Origin: Rhizaria sp. SCN 62-66
Lineage: Eukaryota
Assembly: GCA_001724265.1 (NCBI GenBank)
Contig: MEDY01000042.1
Coordinates: 186,001-250,000 of the forward strand
Direction: 5' to 3'
Length of the DNA stretch: 64,000 nucleotides
The translations under genes and the position numbers were made by a program. Positions 12,525-26,200 of the stretch are shown piece after piece. Each line of letters starts with the position of its first letter. The stretch's first letter is position 1. The notes beneath the pieces were generated by a model. That model was given only the letters and a program-made list of their open reading frames with translations, was not told the DNA's origin and ran no database searches.

Positions 12525-13385
12525 TTACTCGTCAGCAGCAGAGTTACTCTTGCTGCCGTCGTCGTCATCCGCAGTCTTGCTGTTGTCCTTACTGTCAGCA
12601 AGTGTGTCCGCAACAGCAGCAACCGCCTCAGTCTCCTTAGCATCAGCATCAACAACATCAGCAGCAGCAGCGCCAGCCTTGTCGCCACTGTCCTTCTTGT
12701 CCTCCGCCTTCTCAGCAGCGATGACCTTCACATCAGCATTGGCAACGACACTCTTCGCATCCTTCTTGTCGCTCACAGTAGCAGTAGCAGCAGTGGTGGC
12801 TGCGGCGTTGTTCGTTGTGTTGGGAGTGTTGGCGCCAGAGTCGTTGCTGCTTTGCACAGTGGCGACACGAGAGGCATCCTCGCTGACCTGGACACCGCCA
12901 ACATTCTCCTCCTGCTTCAGCTTCGCGATCATCGGGTACTTGCCCATAAAAACGTTGTAAAAGTGCTTCATGCTGTCCAGCTCGGCCAGCGTGAGCCCCT
13001 GGAGACTCGGGCAGTCGAGATAGCGATCCTCGGTGCTGAACTTTGCGGCCGCGCGCGTGATGTCGCGACCCGCAAACGCTTCGTACGCACCGCCGGGGCC
13101 GTAGAAGCGCGCGCCAGCGGTGCAGTCAAAGACCTTGTTTGCGATGGAGATGTACACGGGGCGGCCCTGGAGTCCGTCGCCGTAGCGCACCTCCGCGCGC
13201 GTCATCTCCTTGAGTGTCGCGGGGTCGGGCTGGTGCGCGGGGTTGAACAGCACGGGCTGCACGACGTCCGCGGCCGTCTTCGGGGGCGCCTCGGGCAGCG
13301 GAAGACGCGTGAAGAAGTAAAAGAAGGCGATGACTGCGCAGGTGATGATGATAGCGTAGTCACCGAAGGATAAGGATGAAAGCAT
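12525..13385 (-). CDS. Membrane-associated progesterone receptor (MAPR/PGRMC/Dap1)-family cytochrome b5-like heme/steroid-binding protein with acidic low-complexity tail, about 286 aa
   Basis: N-terminal TM helix (YAIIITCAVIAFFYFF); motif VYISIANKVFDCTAGARFYGPGGAYEAFAGRDITRA...F.GKYP. First ATG of the ORF is at 13385. Stop TAA. Confidence 0.9.
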   Translation of the reverse strand: MLSSLSFGDYAIIITCAVIAFFYFFTRLPLPEAPPKTAADVVQPVLFNPAHQPDPATLKEMTRAEVRYGDGLQGRPVYISIANKVFDCTAGARFYGPGGAYEAFAGRDITRAAAKFSTEDRYLDCPSLQGLTLAELDSMKHFYNVFMGKYPMIAKLKQEENVGGVQVSEDASRVATVQSSNDSGANTPNTTNNAAATTAATATVSDKKDAKSVVANADVKVIAAEKAEDKKDSGDKAGAAAADVVDADAKETEAVAAVADTLADSKDNSKTADDDDGSKSNSAADE

Positions 13386-14214
13386 GTGCCTGGCGAGTGG
13401 GTAGAGTGTGGTAGAAGAAAAACAAGGTGTAAGTTGAAGAGAGTACGAGTTATGAAAGTGCAATAAATATATGATACGATAAAGCTATACCAACACTGGT
13501 AAACAATGCTCCGATGGCGATAGACGGATGATATGTGAACATATGCCTTAAGTTGCAAGGTAGAGGAGCATTCGTGGTTCAGAAGCTCTGCCCGACCCGA
13601 TGCAATGTCTGGTTCGAGGTCTCGGCAAACAGTTCAATTCACGATCAGTTTAATCGTCAAGGCGGAATATAAATGATTGATCTGCATTTAAAGTTGGCAG
13701 ACACAAACAATATTTGTACTATGCGCTTGTAGGTTATGTGTGGCGTCCTAGGCAACCATTTCTGTATTCGGTGGTCGGACGGTCTGGTCACTCCCTCCTT
13801 TCTCCCTTCGACTGTGCTTGCCCGCCGCTGTATGTACACTGAGATTATATAGCATATTTGCCAGCGCACAACGCTTTGTATCTTGTTTGGGTCGCGGTTT
13901 TTTCTTTCGACTGCTCCTTTGTCTGTGGTGCATCACCTGATATTAGACTTGATGTCATCTTCAACTCGAGTAACCACCAAGACCCATTCTCTAAACCTCT
14001 CGACGAGACTCATATCTCACTTTTTGCATTCAAAACTCAATTTTTTGATTCCTTGCTTTGTGATGCATTGTTTGCAGTTAGGCGCCCTTTCCCAAGGCGC
14101 TATTTTCTCTCCACAGGGCCTTTGCCAGCACTGCACCAGCCAAGCTCGCATTGCTCCGTGCTCCAACTTCCTGAGTGCTTTGCAGCCCTCTACCGCGAGG
14201 CTAAGCACCAAGCT

Positions 14215-17200
14215 ATGGCCCACATCCCTCTGTCGGCCATTACGGCCGACCTCTCCGGTGCGTTCACCTCCGCGTCCGCAGCCGGCTGGCCCTCAGTGCC
14301 TGCGCTGTCAGCGGCAACTGCGACTGTGGCCCACTCAGCTGCAGCTGCCACTGCTGCTTCTGCTGCCGCAGGTGCCACCGGCTCGCAGACCTCTATGCTG
14401 CTACACGGCCCATCTTTAGCGTCTCTTGCACCCGCCTCTGCGCTCACCGCGCTGTCGTCCGCGAGTACGCTGTTAAGCGCGCCGCACTCTGAGCTTCAGG
14501 CGACCGTACAGCACACACACGCCTACCGCGGCCGCCTCCGCTGCCAGTCACATTCGCACAACCCCTCGAACAGCAGCGACAACAGCGACAGCGCTGCGCC
14601 GGCGCCGGCTTTTTTCCGCGAGTTCTGCTACACTTGCGGCGCGCGCCTGCTGCTTTGTTTGGACTGCGCCGAGCTCTGCCACCGCGGCCACGCGCTTGGC
14701 CCGACCATCAGTGCCGCCCACGCGCGGTCCCCATCGGCGGCAACGGCGCCGCAGTGCATGTGCGGACACGCCGGCGCGCCGTGCCTTGCCGCAACGCCTG
14801 CGGGCACGTTCCCGCCGCCACCGTCCCCGCCCGCGGACGCCGCCGCCGCCGACGCACTCGCTGCCGCCGCCGCCTCCTCCGCCACGCTATCGCTCGGCGC
14901 GGCGACCCGCGAGCACGCATCGCTGCTTCACGCGCTCACAGTGCCGGGCGACCTCGCTACCGCGGCGGCCGGGGTCGCCGGTGCGGGCGCGAGCGGTACG
15001 GCTGCGGGCGGCGCGATGCTCGTGCCCGCGGCCAGTGCGGCGGCGCTTGCGATCGGATGTGCTCAGTACAACAACAACGCGGGGAGCAACGCTGCAGTCG
15101 CCGCGGCTGCTGAAACGACAAGCGCGGGCGCGGACGCACTGTCGCAGATTGCTTCGGTGTTCGCTCCCACGTCGTCAATGTCATCGGCGACTATGACGGG
15201 AACGCATGGCGGCTTGACTTCGGGGTCACGGACTCTCTGGCTGCCGTCGCCTCATATCCAAGACTCTGACAACAGCAATAGTAGCAATACGAATGCGAGT
15301 GCGCCCTCTGAACTTGCGCAGAGAATTAGCAGCAACAGCGACCAGCACAGCGCTTTCTATCACTCGATCCATAAGGCGGCGCTGGCGGATTACAGCCGGT
15401 TTTACCCGCATTTGGCGCCTGCTCATGGCCTCTCAAGCTCTGCCTCTGGCTCTGTACCTGACACGACGGACGCAGCCGACACGACCGCAACGGCACCAAT
15501 CTCTGTCACAAACGGCTCTAACAATGCCAGCAGCAGTCTCATTGGCAACAGCATTGACGGCGGGCCAAACCCAGCCACAGCCGCCGCCGTCGCCGCCGCC
15601 GTCGCCGCCAGCGCCACCGAGACCGGCGGCCCCCACACGCACGGCCGGTCCTCCGCCCCCGCTGCGCCGGCGACCCTCGTTGCTTCTCTGGCCGCCGTGA
15701 CGCCGACACTGTGCCCGCCGCTGTCGTCGCTGCCACACGCGCCCGCCGTTTCGGCGTTGCGCGCGCTGGCTGACGCTGAGGGCTACGCGGCTGCAGTACG
15801 TGCGGGCGCGTTTAACCTGGTGTGCTTAGCGCACCATATGATCGAGAAGCAACGTGCGAGCGCTATTGACAGCACGATCAACACTAATAATAGTGGCAAT
15901 GTCACTGATGCTGCGGCGGCAGGTCCTGCTAGCCCTGCTGTGACCGCTGTTGCCACGGCGATGGCTGCGGTCGAGCGTAGCTTGCACAGCAACATCAGCA
16001 CTGCGAATGGCAGTGCGACTGCGAGTGCCGCCAAGGGTGACGTGTGGCTGCCTCTCTTGGCTGCTGTCAGGGAGTCTTTCGCTGAGAAGGATAAAACTGT
16101 GTCTCACAGTCAGGCCGGGCTTTCACTTGCGCTGCGCACACGTGTCGTCACTGCATGCGAGGCTGCGCTGAGCGGTAAAGTCAAGCCGCCTGCCAAGCAG
16201 CAAGATGCTATAATTGCCACTGCGCTGGCCGTTGCATTCTCTCCCATTACTCTCAACATCACAGCTAACAGTGGTTATCAGCAAGCAACAGCGATTCCTG
16301 TTGAGAGCAGCAATATCATCATTGCGAATGCCAAGGGAGGTCCTCGCACTGCGACTGCGCTTGCACCTACAGCAGTTGTGACTGGTCAGCTCTCTCTTCC
16401 AGGCTCCTTGTCCCCGGCTGCAACTGCCTCCGGCGTCAACTTTGTATACGAAAACACGGCTGCATACACCGCCCAGGTGCACTCGAGCAACAGTTCTGCC
16501 TCTGCCTTGTCGCCTGCGAAAAACAGTAGCCTCAACGCGTCTCGCAACTCGACCACCTCAAAGCCCCCCACACTTGGTCCTCACGGCGCGAAGCCTGCCA
16601 CCGCAATGACAACGACCGAGGCCGCCAGTAGCATCACGGCGCTTAAGCTTCGAGTGTGCGTGTTGGTGATCGCTCATCTTTCTGCAGTCTCTGGCGGATT
16701 ATCTTTCGTTCCTCAAATCCAGCGCACGGTGACTAATTTAACCACTAAGCATACCTTCACAGCGTTCCAACGCGTCTTTTGTGGTCACCGCCGGAGCACA
16801 GCTAACAATGATAACTCATTGCTTCACCTAGACTTGTCGACGTTGCGCACCACTGCTCTGTACGCGCAATCCCCCGTCTCTCAGTATCTCAACAGCTCTC
16901 CGATTACCACCAACCTCGGCGGCTATGGACAGACTCGGTTTGCGACTATCACGCGCGTCACCAATAGCGATAACGAGCACCGGTCACTGCTTGCGCTGTC
17001 ACAACGCGCTCGCGTCTCTGCGGTTGTCCAGGCGCGTGCCGCCGTTGCCGCGAGTGCACGCTGGGAGTGGTACAACCACCGCACCGAGACCTGGGTCTCC
17101 TACACACACGCACTGTCGCGCGCCATTGAGACTGCGTTCACCGCTGATCTGCCGTGCGCTACCTTCCACAGTGCACCGCCGCCTCAGCAGCAGCTCTCTG

Positions 17201-20200
17201 GCTCTGCGCCGACTGTGTCGCTGTCTCTCGCAGTGCAACAGTCGCTCGCGGCCGCGTCCCTCTCAGCACACAGCTCTGGGTCTATGACCGGGCTTCTGTC
17301 ACCGACCTCCGCTGCCGTGGTCGCGGCGGCCGCGGCGGCTGTGACCGCTGGCGGGGCCGGCGGCGCCCCCAACGGCCGTCGCGGCGGCGTCGTCGGCACG
17401 GCGGCTGTCACGCTTGACGGGGGCGCGTTTCCCGGCGGGTCTGCGTACAATGACATCAACAGCGGCAGTAACGCAAACACGAGCTTTGCGGTGGCTGAGT
17501 ATGCTAGCAACAGCAACAGCGCGGATAGGTCTGCTGCCGCGGCGATCGCTGCGCAACAGAGCGAGTTGTCCGTGGCGACTATGCGAGCTGAGGCCGCGAT
17601 CGCCGCCCTTGCTACCCTGGCCTTCTCGTCGCCTGCTCCTGGCGCTATCAACGATAACAACGATGCTCTCCCCGGTTTGGAGGCCGACGATGGCGACGAC
17701 GGCGCATTTGCCAATCTCAATGCACTCGCGAGGAGCAGCGGTGTGAGCGGCGACGGCATCGGTGTTGACGACGACGACGCTGTTGCACGCGCGCTGTCTG
17801 CGCTGGTCGCGCCGTTGCGCAGTCTCGGCGCGGGCCTGGCCAGCACCGCCGCGACCGCTGCGGAGGTGCTCGCACGTGAGCGCCAGCGCGAGCAGGACTT
17901 GGAGCTTGAGCTCGCGCTGAGCCCTGACAACATCCTCGCCAGCGCCAATAACAACGGCGGGAGCAGCTTTGACCACAGTCGCTTCGGTGTCGCTGCTAGT
18001 AACGGTGGCCAGCGCAGGTTTGTCGTCAGCTCAGCCGCAAGTGTCTCGACCAAGAAGGACGCATTGTCGACTGTGACCGGTGGCGACTTCGTTACCATCT
18101 GTTTCCGTCGCATGGTTGAGACCCACCGCCCTGCTCCCTCTGTGAAGCCCGCACACTCATACACTGGCGCCGACGACGGCAACAACAACGACGCCAGCGC
18201 TCTCGAGACTCTCACGTCCCTCGCGACTGCGAGCAGCGCCCGCGGCGTGCCCGTTCGCGTGCGCCGCGTTGCCTGCGCGCCGCTACACGCGACCGCAGGC
18301 CACGCTCTCTCAGCGCCGTCAACCGGCCTCGCCGCGGCCGCCGGCATCGTGCTCGAGACTGAGGAGGAAGAAGACGGCGGCGTCGACCCGGGGGCCGCGG
18401 GGGCGGCCGCTGCGGTTGCGCGGGCGGCGGCGGCGCGCGCGCGCACGCAGGTCTCCGTCGCCAACGTGGCCGCGTCGGCCGTGGCTGCTGCTGCGGCAGC
18501 GACGGTTGCGAGGCTGAGCCGCGATGGCAATCGCATGAGTGACGTTAGCGACTACGACGACGATGACGACAACGACGATGGGGCTGACGAAGGCGACGCT
18601 GGTGATGATGACAACGGCGACAGCGCTAGTGATCGCGACCTGAGCAGCGCCGAGAGCAGCAATAGTGGCGGTGAAGACAACGGCGCGTTGTATAACAGCG
18701 ACAGTGACGACGGTGACAATGCCGACTTTTTGCGCAGCAACGGAAGCAGCAACACTCGTATTGACGTGAACAACGATGCCGAGCTGCTGGCGCTGCCTGC
18801 TTTCAGTCCACCGAATCGTTTTGCCACTGAAAACAACGTCATCAGCAGTAATGCAGCTGCCAATGCGACTCTTTCGGCTGCCGGTCCTGTGGTGAACCTC
18901 CATCGAAACAATGACAACAGCTCCAACGTCAGCGCAAACGCAACCGTGATCAGCACGACTGCAGCTGTGATTGCAGTTGGGCCTGAACTAATGACACCGC
19001 CGGCGAATGCCCCTCACAACGACGAACGTATGCGCCGTCGACGTCGCCGCCACCGCCGCCGCGTCAACCGCCGCCGCGCCGCCCGCGCGACTGCCCGCGC
19101 CTACCAGCTCGCTGCTGCCCGCGCCGCTCTTGCCCTCTCCGTTACCGGAGTCAATAACGGCAGCCAGACGCCTCAGGCCCCGCCTCTGCGCGTGTGCGCT
19201 GATGCCGAGACTGGGTGTGTCTACGTCCTCGGTGCCACTGTCGGTCTCGTGCGATTAGCGCCTCTCGCCGTGACAGTGAGTGCAGCGGAGTCTGCGACCG
19301 CTGTGGCGGCGACGATTGCCAAGCACGGACTTGCTGGTGTCGCTGCGGGCGCAGTTCTGGCGCAGCGGCTTGACTTTGCTGTTCACGCGGAAGGTTATAT
19401 CACTCTGATCTCGAACAGCAACAACTCGAAGACGTTGCTCCTGCGGTCTCCGCTGTTGCATGACGGCGTTCTGCTTGCGATCGATCCTGTCACACTGCTG
19501 CCGCTGCCGCACAAGGTCATTCTCTCGACAGCTCGTGGTGGCTCTTGTACTTACGACAGCGCAACTCAGTTTCCATTTGCGACGATAGCTGCTGCAATGT
19601 CGACGGTGATCCCGTCAACTCTCTCTCTTGTGCGCGCTCATAACGCCGCGGTAACCGCGCAAAGGGCGACTCATTCGAAGCGTGGTAACAGCAGTGATGC
19701 AGCGCTCAAGGCTGGATACTTTAGTGATGACTCGCATGTTCTCTCAGTCACGACAACGGCTGCTGCTGCTGCCGCAGATTGTGCTCCTGCCCTCTCACAT
19801 TACGGCTGTAAGCTACAACAAAGCGACCACGAGAGCGGCGACTCTCAGTGGTTGAGCTCACTCGCTCCTCCGCCGTTCTCGCTGGAAGTTTTCCGTCCCC
19901 ACGAAAACACTTTGGATGAGGCAGCAAGCCTCCCCACTGCTCGCGGGGTCAACGGCGCAGGCAGTGCAGTGAATGCACCTCAGCAGCTCCCACCGACGCC
20001 CGCTCTTGGCTCTTGGCTGCCGCTGCATCTATCAACCACTGCGCTTTCAGCGGTCAGCTTGCTCTTCACCGGCGGGTTTTCACCCCAGTTCGCTCTTGCG
20101 AACACTGCTGCCGCCGCTAGCTTTGACGAAGACAACGCTGATCAATGCGCCAAGCCACTTCCTGGTGTCGCGATCGCGCTCTCAAGTGACAACAGTGCGT

Positions 20201-23200
20201 TCCTGATGTTTGAGCAAGACTCTGGTGTCTTCCTCCGCGTGCGCCGCAGTGCGCTGCCTGTTCAAGACTGCGATGACAGCAGCGTTCTCTGCTCTCATGG
20301 TGCGGTTTCGCATGAGGCCCGCGGCTTCAGTGACAAGGCGGACTACAAAAACGGTACCAAGAGCGGTAAAGCGGGAGACGCGTGGAATCCTCACACGGGT
20401 CTATGCTTTGACGCGACTGCGACGAACGCTAAGGCAGCTGCCCCTCGCAGCACGAGCGTCAAGTCTAAGAATAACGAGAACGAGTGGCTCTCGCTGCGTG
20501 TGCGCGTTGTTCCCGCTGTCGCCGCAACGCTTCGCTGCCTGCCTCTGTTCACTGACACCACAGACGGCTCTCTCATTGCTCTCACTCGCAATCCCATCAG
20601 TAGCGATGCGAGTAGCGGTGATGTCACTCTGCGTCGCTTTGACACGAGCACACTGTTTTCCGATGCCAGCGATATCACAATCTCAGCTCCTGTACTCGCG
20701 CATAATGTGAGTTTGTTCACGCTTCTTGGCGCTCGCGTTTGCCCTGCACCTGTCCAGACTGCAGTCTCGATCAGCAGCTCCGGCAAGTCTGCTGCGACTG
20801 GCGGCATCCGTGCGTCTGCCCGTGGCTTTCTCTCTGCGCTCAAGGGCATGGGCTTCACGAAGCGCGCAATCACGCGTGCACTGCGTGTCGGTGGTGCTGC
20901 TGTTGCGGAAGACGTTGCGGCCGCCGTGGAGTGGCTTGTCCGCTACCCTGAGGGCGCGCCGCTGTCGGACTGCAGCAGCGGTGAAGACGCTGATGACGAT
21001 GGAAGTGACAACGATCCTTATGAGGAAGGCAGCGAATGCGATCACACCCGCGTAACGTACGGCGACAGTGATGACACTGAGTTCAAGCAAGAGATGCCGC
21101 TCGCAGACGGTGTTCTTGATGGCTCGTACAACAGCGGTCATACCAGCAATAGCGACGGCGATGACAAGAGCGATAACGTCCGCAGCCACATGCCTTACTG
21201 GCGTGGTGGTGCTGGTTCGCTTAACCAGAGTCAGGACAACAACGAGCACGGTCTCTTTAGCGGTTCTCTCTCTTCCATCTCGAACCCTGTCTCTGCCGAC
21301 GCGGATGCTGTTGTTAATATCAGCCTGACTGGTGACGACATAGACGGTGTGTTTGCCCGCGCGTCTGAGTTTGCGAGCAACTCCGCCAGCATCATCCGTC
21401 GTGGCGGCGGCGCCAGCAATACCGCGTCAGTCTCGCCGGCGGCGATGGCCGCTGTGGTCGGCACCGAGCCGTTTTTGCTGGATCCCCACATCTGTGAGCC
21501 TCAGTGTCACGACCAGCACTGCGCCGACTGGACGCTGCCTGCCCTGCAACCGCCTCTAGTTTCCAACTCGTATACCGGGGTAACACCGTGGACTGCGCTG
21601 GGATCGCTGCTGCTCTCAGCCCCCGCTGCTTCTGACGCAGTAGCTGCTGGCGCTAGTCTTGAAGCTGCCGCAGCGCACGCCTACGCAGCAGTGACCGCGC
21701 CTCGTGCCAGTTTGCGGCTGTGGGAGCGCGTCTCTGTTGCTGTTGCACGCGAACGGCCCGAGTTGGCGGTCAATTTGCAGACTAAGGTTCCGCTTGCGAC
21801 AGCTCGGGCTGAGTCATTGACGCGTGCTGTGAGGGACCAGGATCCGACTTTGATCTCGGCCGCGGTGCTGTCAGCGTGTGTGAAAGCGCACCCGCTAGCG
21901 GCGCGCGCACACAAGCACTGTTCTAGTGACAAGGGCAGCAGCAGTAGTCTTGCGAGTGCAAATACTAACGGCGATGAAAGTGATCCGGATGAGCTGTATC
22001 TGACTGCCTTGCAGTCTAAGTACGCATCTCCGCGTCTTGCGAATAATAATGATACGAGTGCTCAGTGGCACCCGCTGCGTCTCGCCTCGCTGCGCGCGTT
22101 TACATCAAACAACACTGATAGCTCTTTAGATCTGAACGCGGGCATGCTTGTTTGCTGTGCCTGCGGTGTTTTGCAAAGCGACAACGAGCAACTGGTGTTT
22201 GAGTGTCTTGACTGTGCTGATTATGAGTCTCACCGCCGCGTTGTACTTTGCCTTGACTGTCACCGTAATGGTGCTTTTAGTGCAGCTGCTCACACCTCTG
22301 CTCACCGTATTGCTCCGCTCCGCTGCTACACCAACGATATGTGCACGGAAAGCAATTGTGACTGTGGTCTTGCTTCTGCTGCAACGAGCAAGACTACATC
22401 TAGCTCGTTGCATTATGATGACATCGTTATTCTTGCTAACAACGATCTTTCCGATCTGTCTAATGGGGCTACTACGGTTCAGGGTACCAACGTCACGGGG
22501 AACAATGGGTTTGATCTGACTGTTCAAGGCAATGCGTTGCCTCAGTCAGCGCGCCTCTTACGCACACCCCGCGTCTCGAACTCAACTCCGCTAGCGAGCT
22601 CGAGCGTTGTCGCAGCCCCTGGCATGGTCAACCGGAATGCATCGGTGCTATCAAGCGAGTCAGGGCTAGCGCGTGCAACTCTGGTGACGAGTACGTCGAA
22701 CCTCGCACTGGATAGCAAAAGTAAGGTCAAGAAGGCATCGGTGGGTGTTGATGATGAGAGTAAGTGTGCATTGACTGATGTTGCAACTGCTCATAGCTCT
22801 TGCACTACTCCCGCAGAAGCCCCGAATGCCAGCAAGTACAAGTATGAAGCGTACATTAACATGCATGCGTACTCGATCAGCTTCAACTCGGAGACACAGT
22901 CACTGTTGTTACTCTCTCCGAACGGCAACCTCACGATGCCCGCTGTTGCGACGCCCGCAGCCGCTGCGGCTGCTGTTACTGGCACGCTTGGCCTCGCCGC
23001 CGGTGTCGGCAGCAGCGCCAACACGGGCAACAGCGACGCCGACGCCGCTTCTCGCGCCGCTGTCGCCGCTTCAGCTTCAGCCACGGCCACAACTCCCGGC
23101 CGTTTCGCTATTACTGCTGCGCTCTCGCGTGACGCGTATCTTTCGCCGTCGACATCCGCGACTACTTCGGGCAACCGTGATCACAGCGTGTGTCATGCGT

Positions 23201-26200
23201 TTGACGCGGTGACCGGAGTCAGGGCTGGTGTTGTTTCCATACCCGTCAGTGGCGCTGATGGCGGGTTACTGTTCGCTAACGGCACTCTACTCGCACTCCG
23301 TTTCGCTCATGGTCTCGCAAACATCTTGCCACTGAGCTCGGCAATTTTTGCGAAGACGATATCTTTCAAGCAGGCAGCCAAGACTCCAGATACAGCAATC
23401 TCAAATGTCGCGAATATGTTATCATCGCTCTCTACCGCTGTGATTACTCCTAGCGGAATCACTGCTGAGCTTCCTATCATTGCGACACTGCTAACTGCTG
23501 TCGCGGCTGCGGTCCAGCATCAGCATCAGCCGACTGAGCTCGCCTCGGTGATTTGCACTGCTGCAGCGCATACAGCACGGATGCTGGTCTTCGCATCGGA
23601 TCTTCTGAACGCTCGCGTTCGCGCCTCTGGAGATGTCTCGACGACATCGGACTCGGCCGCAGACGCCAGTCGTGTCGCCGCAGTTGAGGCGATGTCGCTG
23701 GCACTCAAGACCCATCGTGACACTGTGTTGACTACTCTCATTGCTATCTATAACGCAAGTGCATGCAGTACGATGGTTCGTGGAAGTATTGCCGCGTGCC
23801 TAGCTGATGCGTTTGAAGCACTGTTCCCGTCGTGGTCACAACGTCTTCACTGCGTTCTCACCCCAAACACCGAGGTGACTGACGCTGTCACTGGCTCATC
23901 AAGGACAAACGCGGCGGCCTTGCCTGCGCCTGTGCTGGCCCGCGTTTCAATGCGGTATCAAGACGCATTCCACCGCGGCCGCATGGTTTCGCTCTTCTCC
24001 AATATCCTCTGGCATCCGTCATCTTCCGTGAATAATGACGCCTCAAAGCAGCAGTCATCATCGGATGCCGCTGTTGATGTCACCACGAGGCTCGGTCTGC
24101 CGACCGCGCGCGAAGAGCGCTCTCTTGCCTTCCTGCGTGCTCAAATCACCGGCGCAGTCACTCTTGCTGTGCAAGGGGAGCTTGCGCGTCACAGTATGAT
24201 TGTAAGCGCTCTATCCGAAGGCAACACTCACGACAGCTCGATTGACTCCGTGTCGTCTGCGTTCGCCGCGGTTGACGCTGCAGATGCTGCTTCTATTGCG
24301 ACGGTGAACAGCTCAGCGCTGTGGATGCTCAATGGTCTTGTCCAGTATCTCTTTTCATGGGTGCAAATGCAGAATCAGGCTCACAAACGCGGGCGCGCTG
24401 TCTCGAATCCTTCGTATAGCGTCTGCCTCGCTCACGCCGTCTCCGCGATCCTTGTTGCGACCCGCGATCTGCTATTGTCATCTTCAGTTGCGGTGTTTTA
24501 TCACCAGAGCTCGCCGCTTTCCGCTGTGCCTTTGCCGCATCGCGCCTCATCTCCCGCTTTCCGCCAACTCTTCTCCGTCGCAACGCTCGCGCTTCCGGCT
24601 CTTGCAGGTGCTGCTGCACTTCCCGCGCCCGCGTGCGCCGCTGTTGTTGACGCCGCGTTGTCGTGTTTCCGCGCCCTCACGGCCGCGTTCACTCGCGCGC
24701 ACCCGCACGCTGTCGCGCCCTTTGCGGCAACTGCGGCTACGGAGACCGCACGCGTGTTTGCTGGAGAGGACAAGCGTGTTCTCGATGCGACAGTGCGCGC
24801 GATGTTGCTCGCGCATTCCTCTTGCTCTGGTGTGGACGACCTTGCGAACACCTCTTCAGCTGTCGACTCCTGCTTGGATTCTCCGGGCGTTTCTGCTGAT
24901 TGTGCGTTGGCCTCGCTTGTCTCACCGCTCATGGAGAGTAAATCGCCTGCAGCAGTGGGTTCTCGTATTGCTGAAACTGCGTTCGTCCCGTTTTCCGTGC
25001 GCGTCCAAGCGTTGCTGCGGATGGACGCGTATGTTGTCTCCGCACTGCGCCCGCGTCGCATGACTGTGAGTGAGCGCGAAATGGCAGAGTCGACTGCTGC
25101 TGTAATGGGTCTGGAAGCACCTCTGACTGGACCTGAAGCGCCGGAGACACGCCTCTCCGCAGCCGCAGTTGACGTGCTGATCTCAGTGTTCAACTATTTT
25201 GCGTCGAGCTCTCAGCTTACTGTCATGACAAATGATGTTGCACGTACTCTTGCTGACAAGAAGCTTGCGCCTGGTCTGCGTTCACTGATTGCGACTTCGA
25301 ATGTGATGAGCGCCGTCACAACTCGCATGTCGCTCACCGCGTTCCGCGCCTTTTTGTTTGCCAGCTCGGAAGACGCTGCGACCGCCGCTGTCTCTGGCGC
25401 TAGCAACCGCTCCGAGTGTGGCGTTGATCCCAGGTCACCCACTGCACCTGCAGCGGCCTTTACCGCACTGTGCAACACCACTCCGGCGCCCTGGGCGACT
25501 GTACTGCAAAATGCGGTGCTTGGTAGCTCCGCATTAACTGAGAACGACAGTGCTGTTGCACCCTCAGTCGCGGTGCCTTGCAGCGAGGCAACTGCGAGTC
25601 TGGCGCAGTTCCTGACTTTTGCACTGATGGAATACAGCGACCCGCTGCGCCGTATTCTGTGGATTGAGCGCCTGTCTGTGTTGGCTCAGTCAACGCCAAT
25701 TGCGCACTACTCTTTCTTTCAAGCACACAACATCAGCAACAAGAAGCATATGTCCACGCATAGCGCTGGACACGACTCGAACTGCAGTGCAGCGATGCTC
25801 TCGATGAACATTGGGACCCTTGCCAGTGTTCGCTGGATTACCGCAACTGTGGGCGGTATCAAACTAGCTGTGCGCGCTCTGCTTCAGCGCCACGCCCTCG
25901 GTCGTGAGGTGCTGCCTGCTGCTGTGACGCGGTTGAAGCTCCACGTACTGTCTCAGTCTGACCCCATGAATCCTCCTGCACCGGCGATCACAGTGGCCGC
26001 AAACGCAGCGTTAGCTGCGGCGGGCGCGAACAGCACCGACAGCAACAATGAGATTGCGACTGTGGTTACGGGTGATTTCTCGCCTCTTTCACATCTTGCT
26101 GTCACTGTCGACAACGCGCTGAAGCCTTCGACGTCAGTCAGTCAGCAGCAACGCGTACCGACGTTGCTGCTTACGGACGATCCGGCTGCACTGATGCGTT

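Noticed and set aside
13568-13632. tRNA-like fragment (GCATTCGTGGTTCAG...GGTTCGA), examined as a possible suppressor tRNA
   Set aside because: No pairing acceptor stem, no D-loop GG and no convincing anticodon stem or CUA anticodon; probably chance resemblance.
13858-14214. N-terminal 119 aa of the 10,032-aa ORF (TTG start)
   Set aside because: T-rich, UTR/intron-like composition with acceptor-like sites; the first ATG is at 14215.
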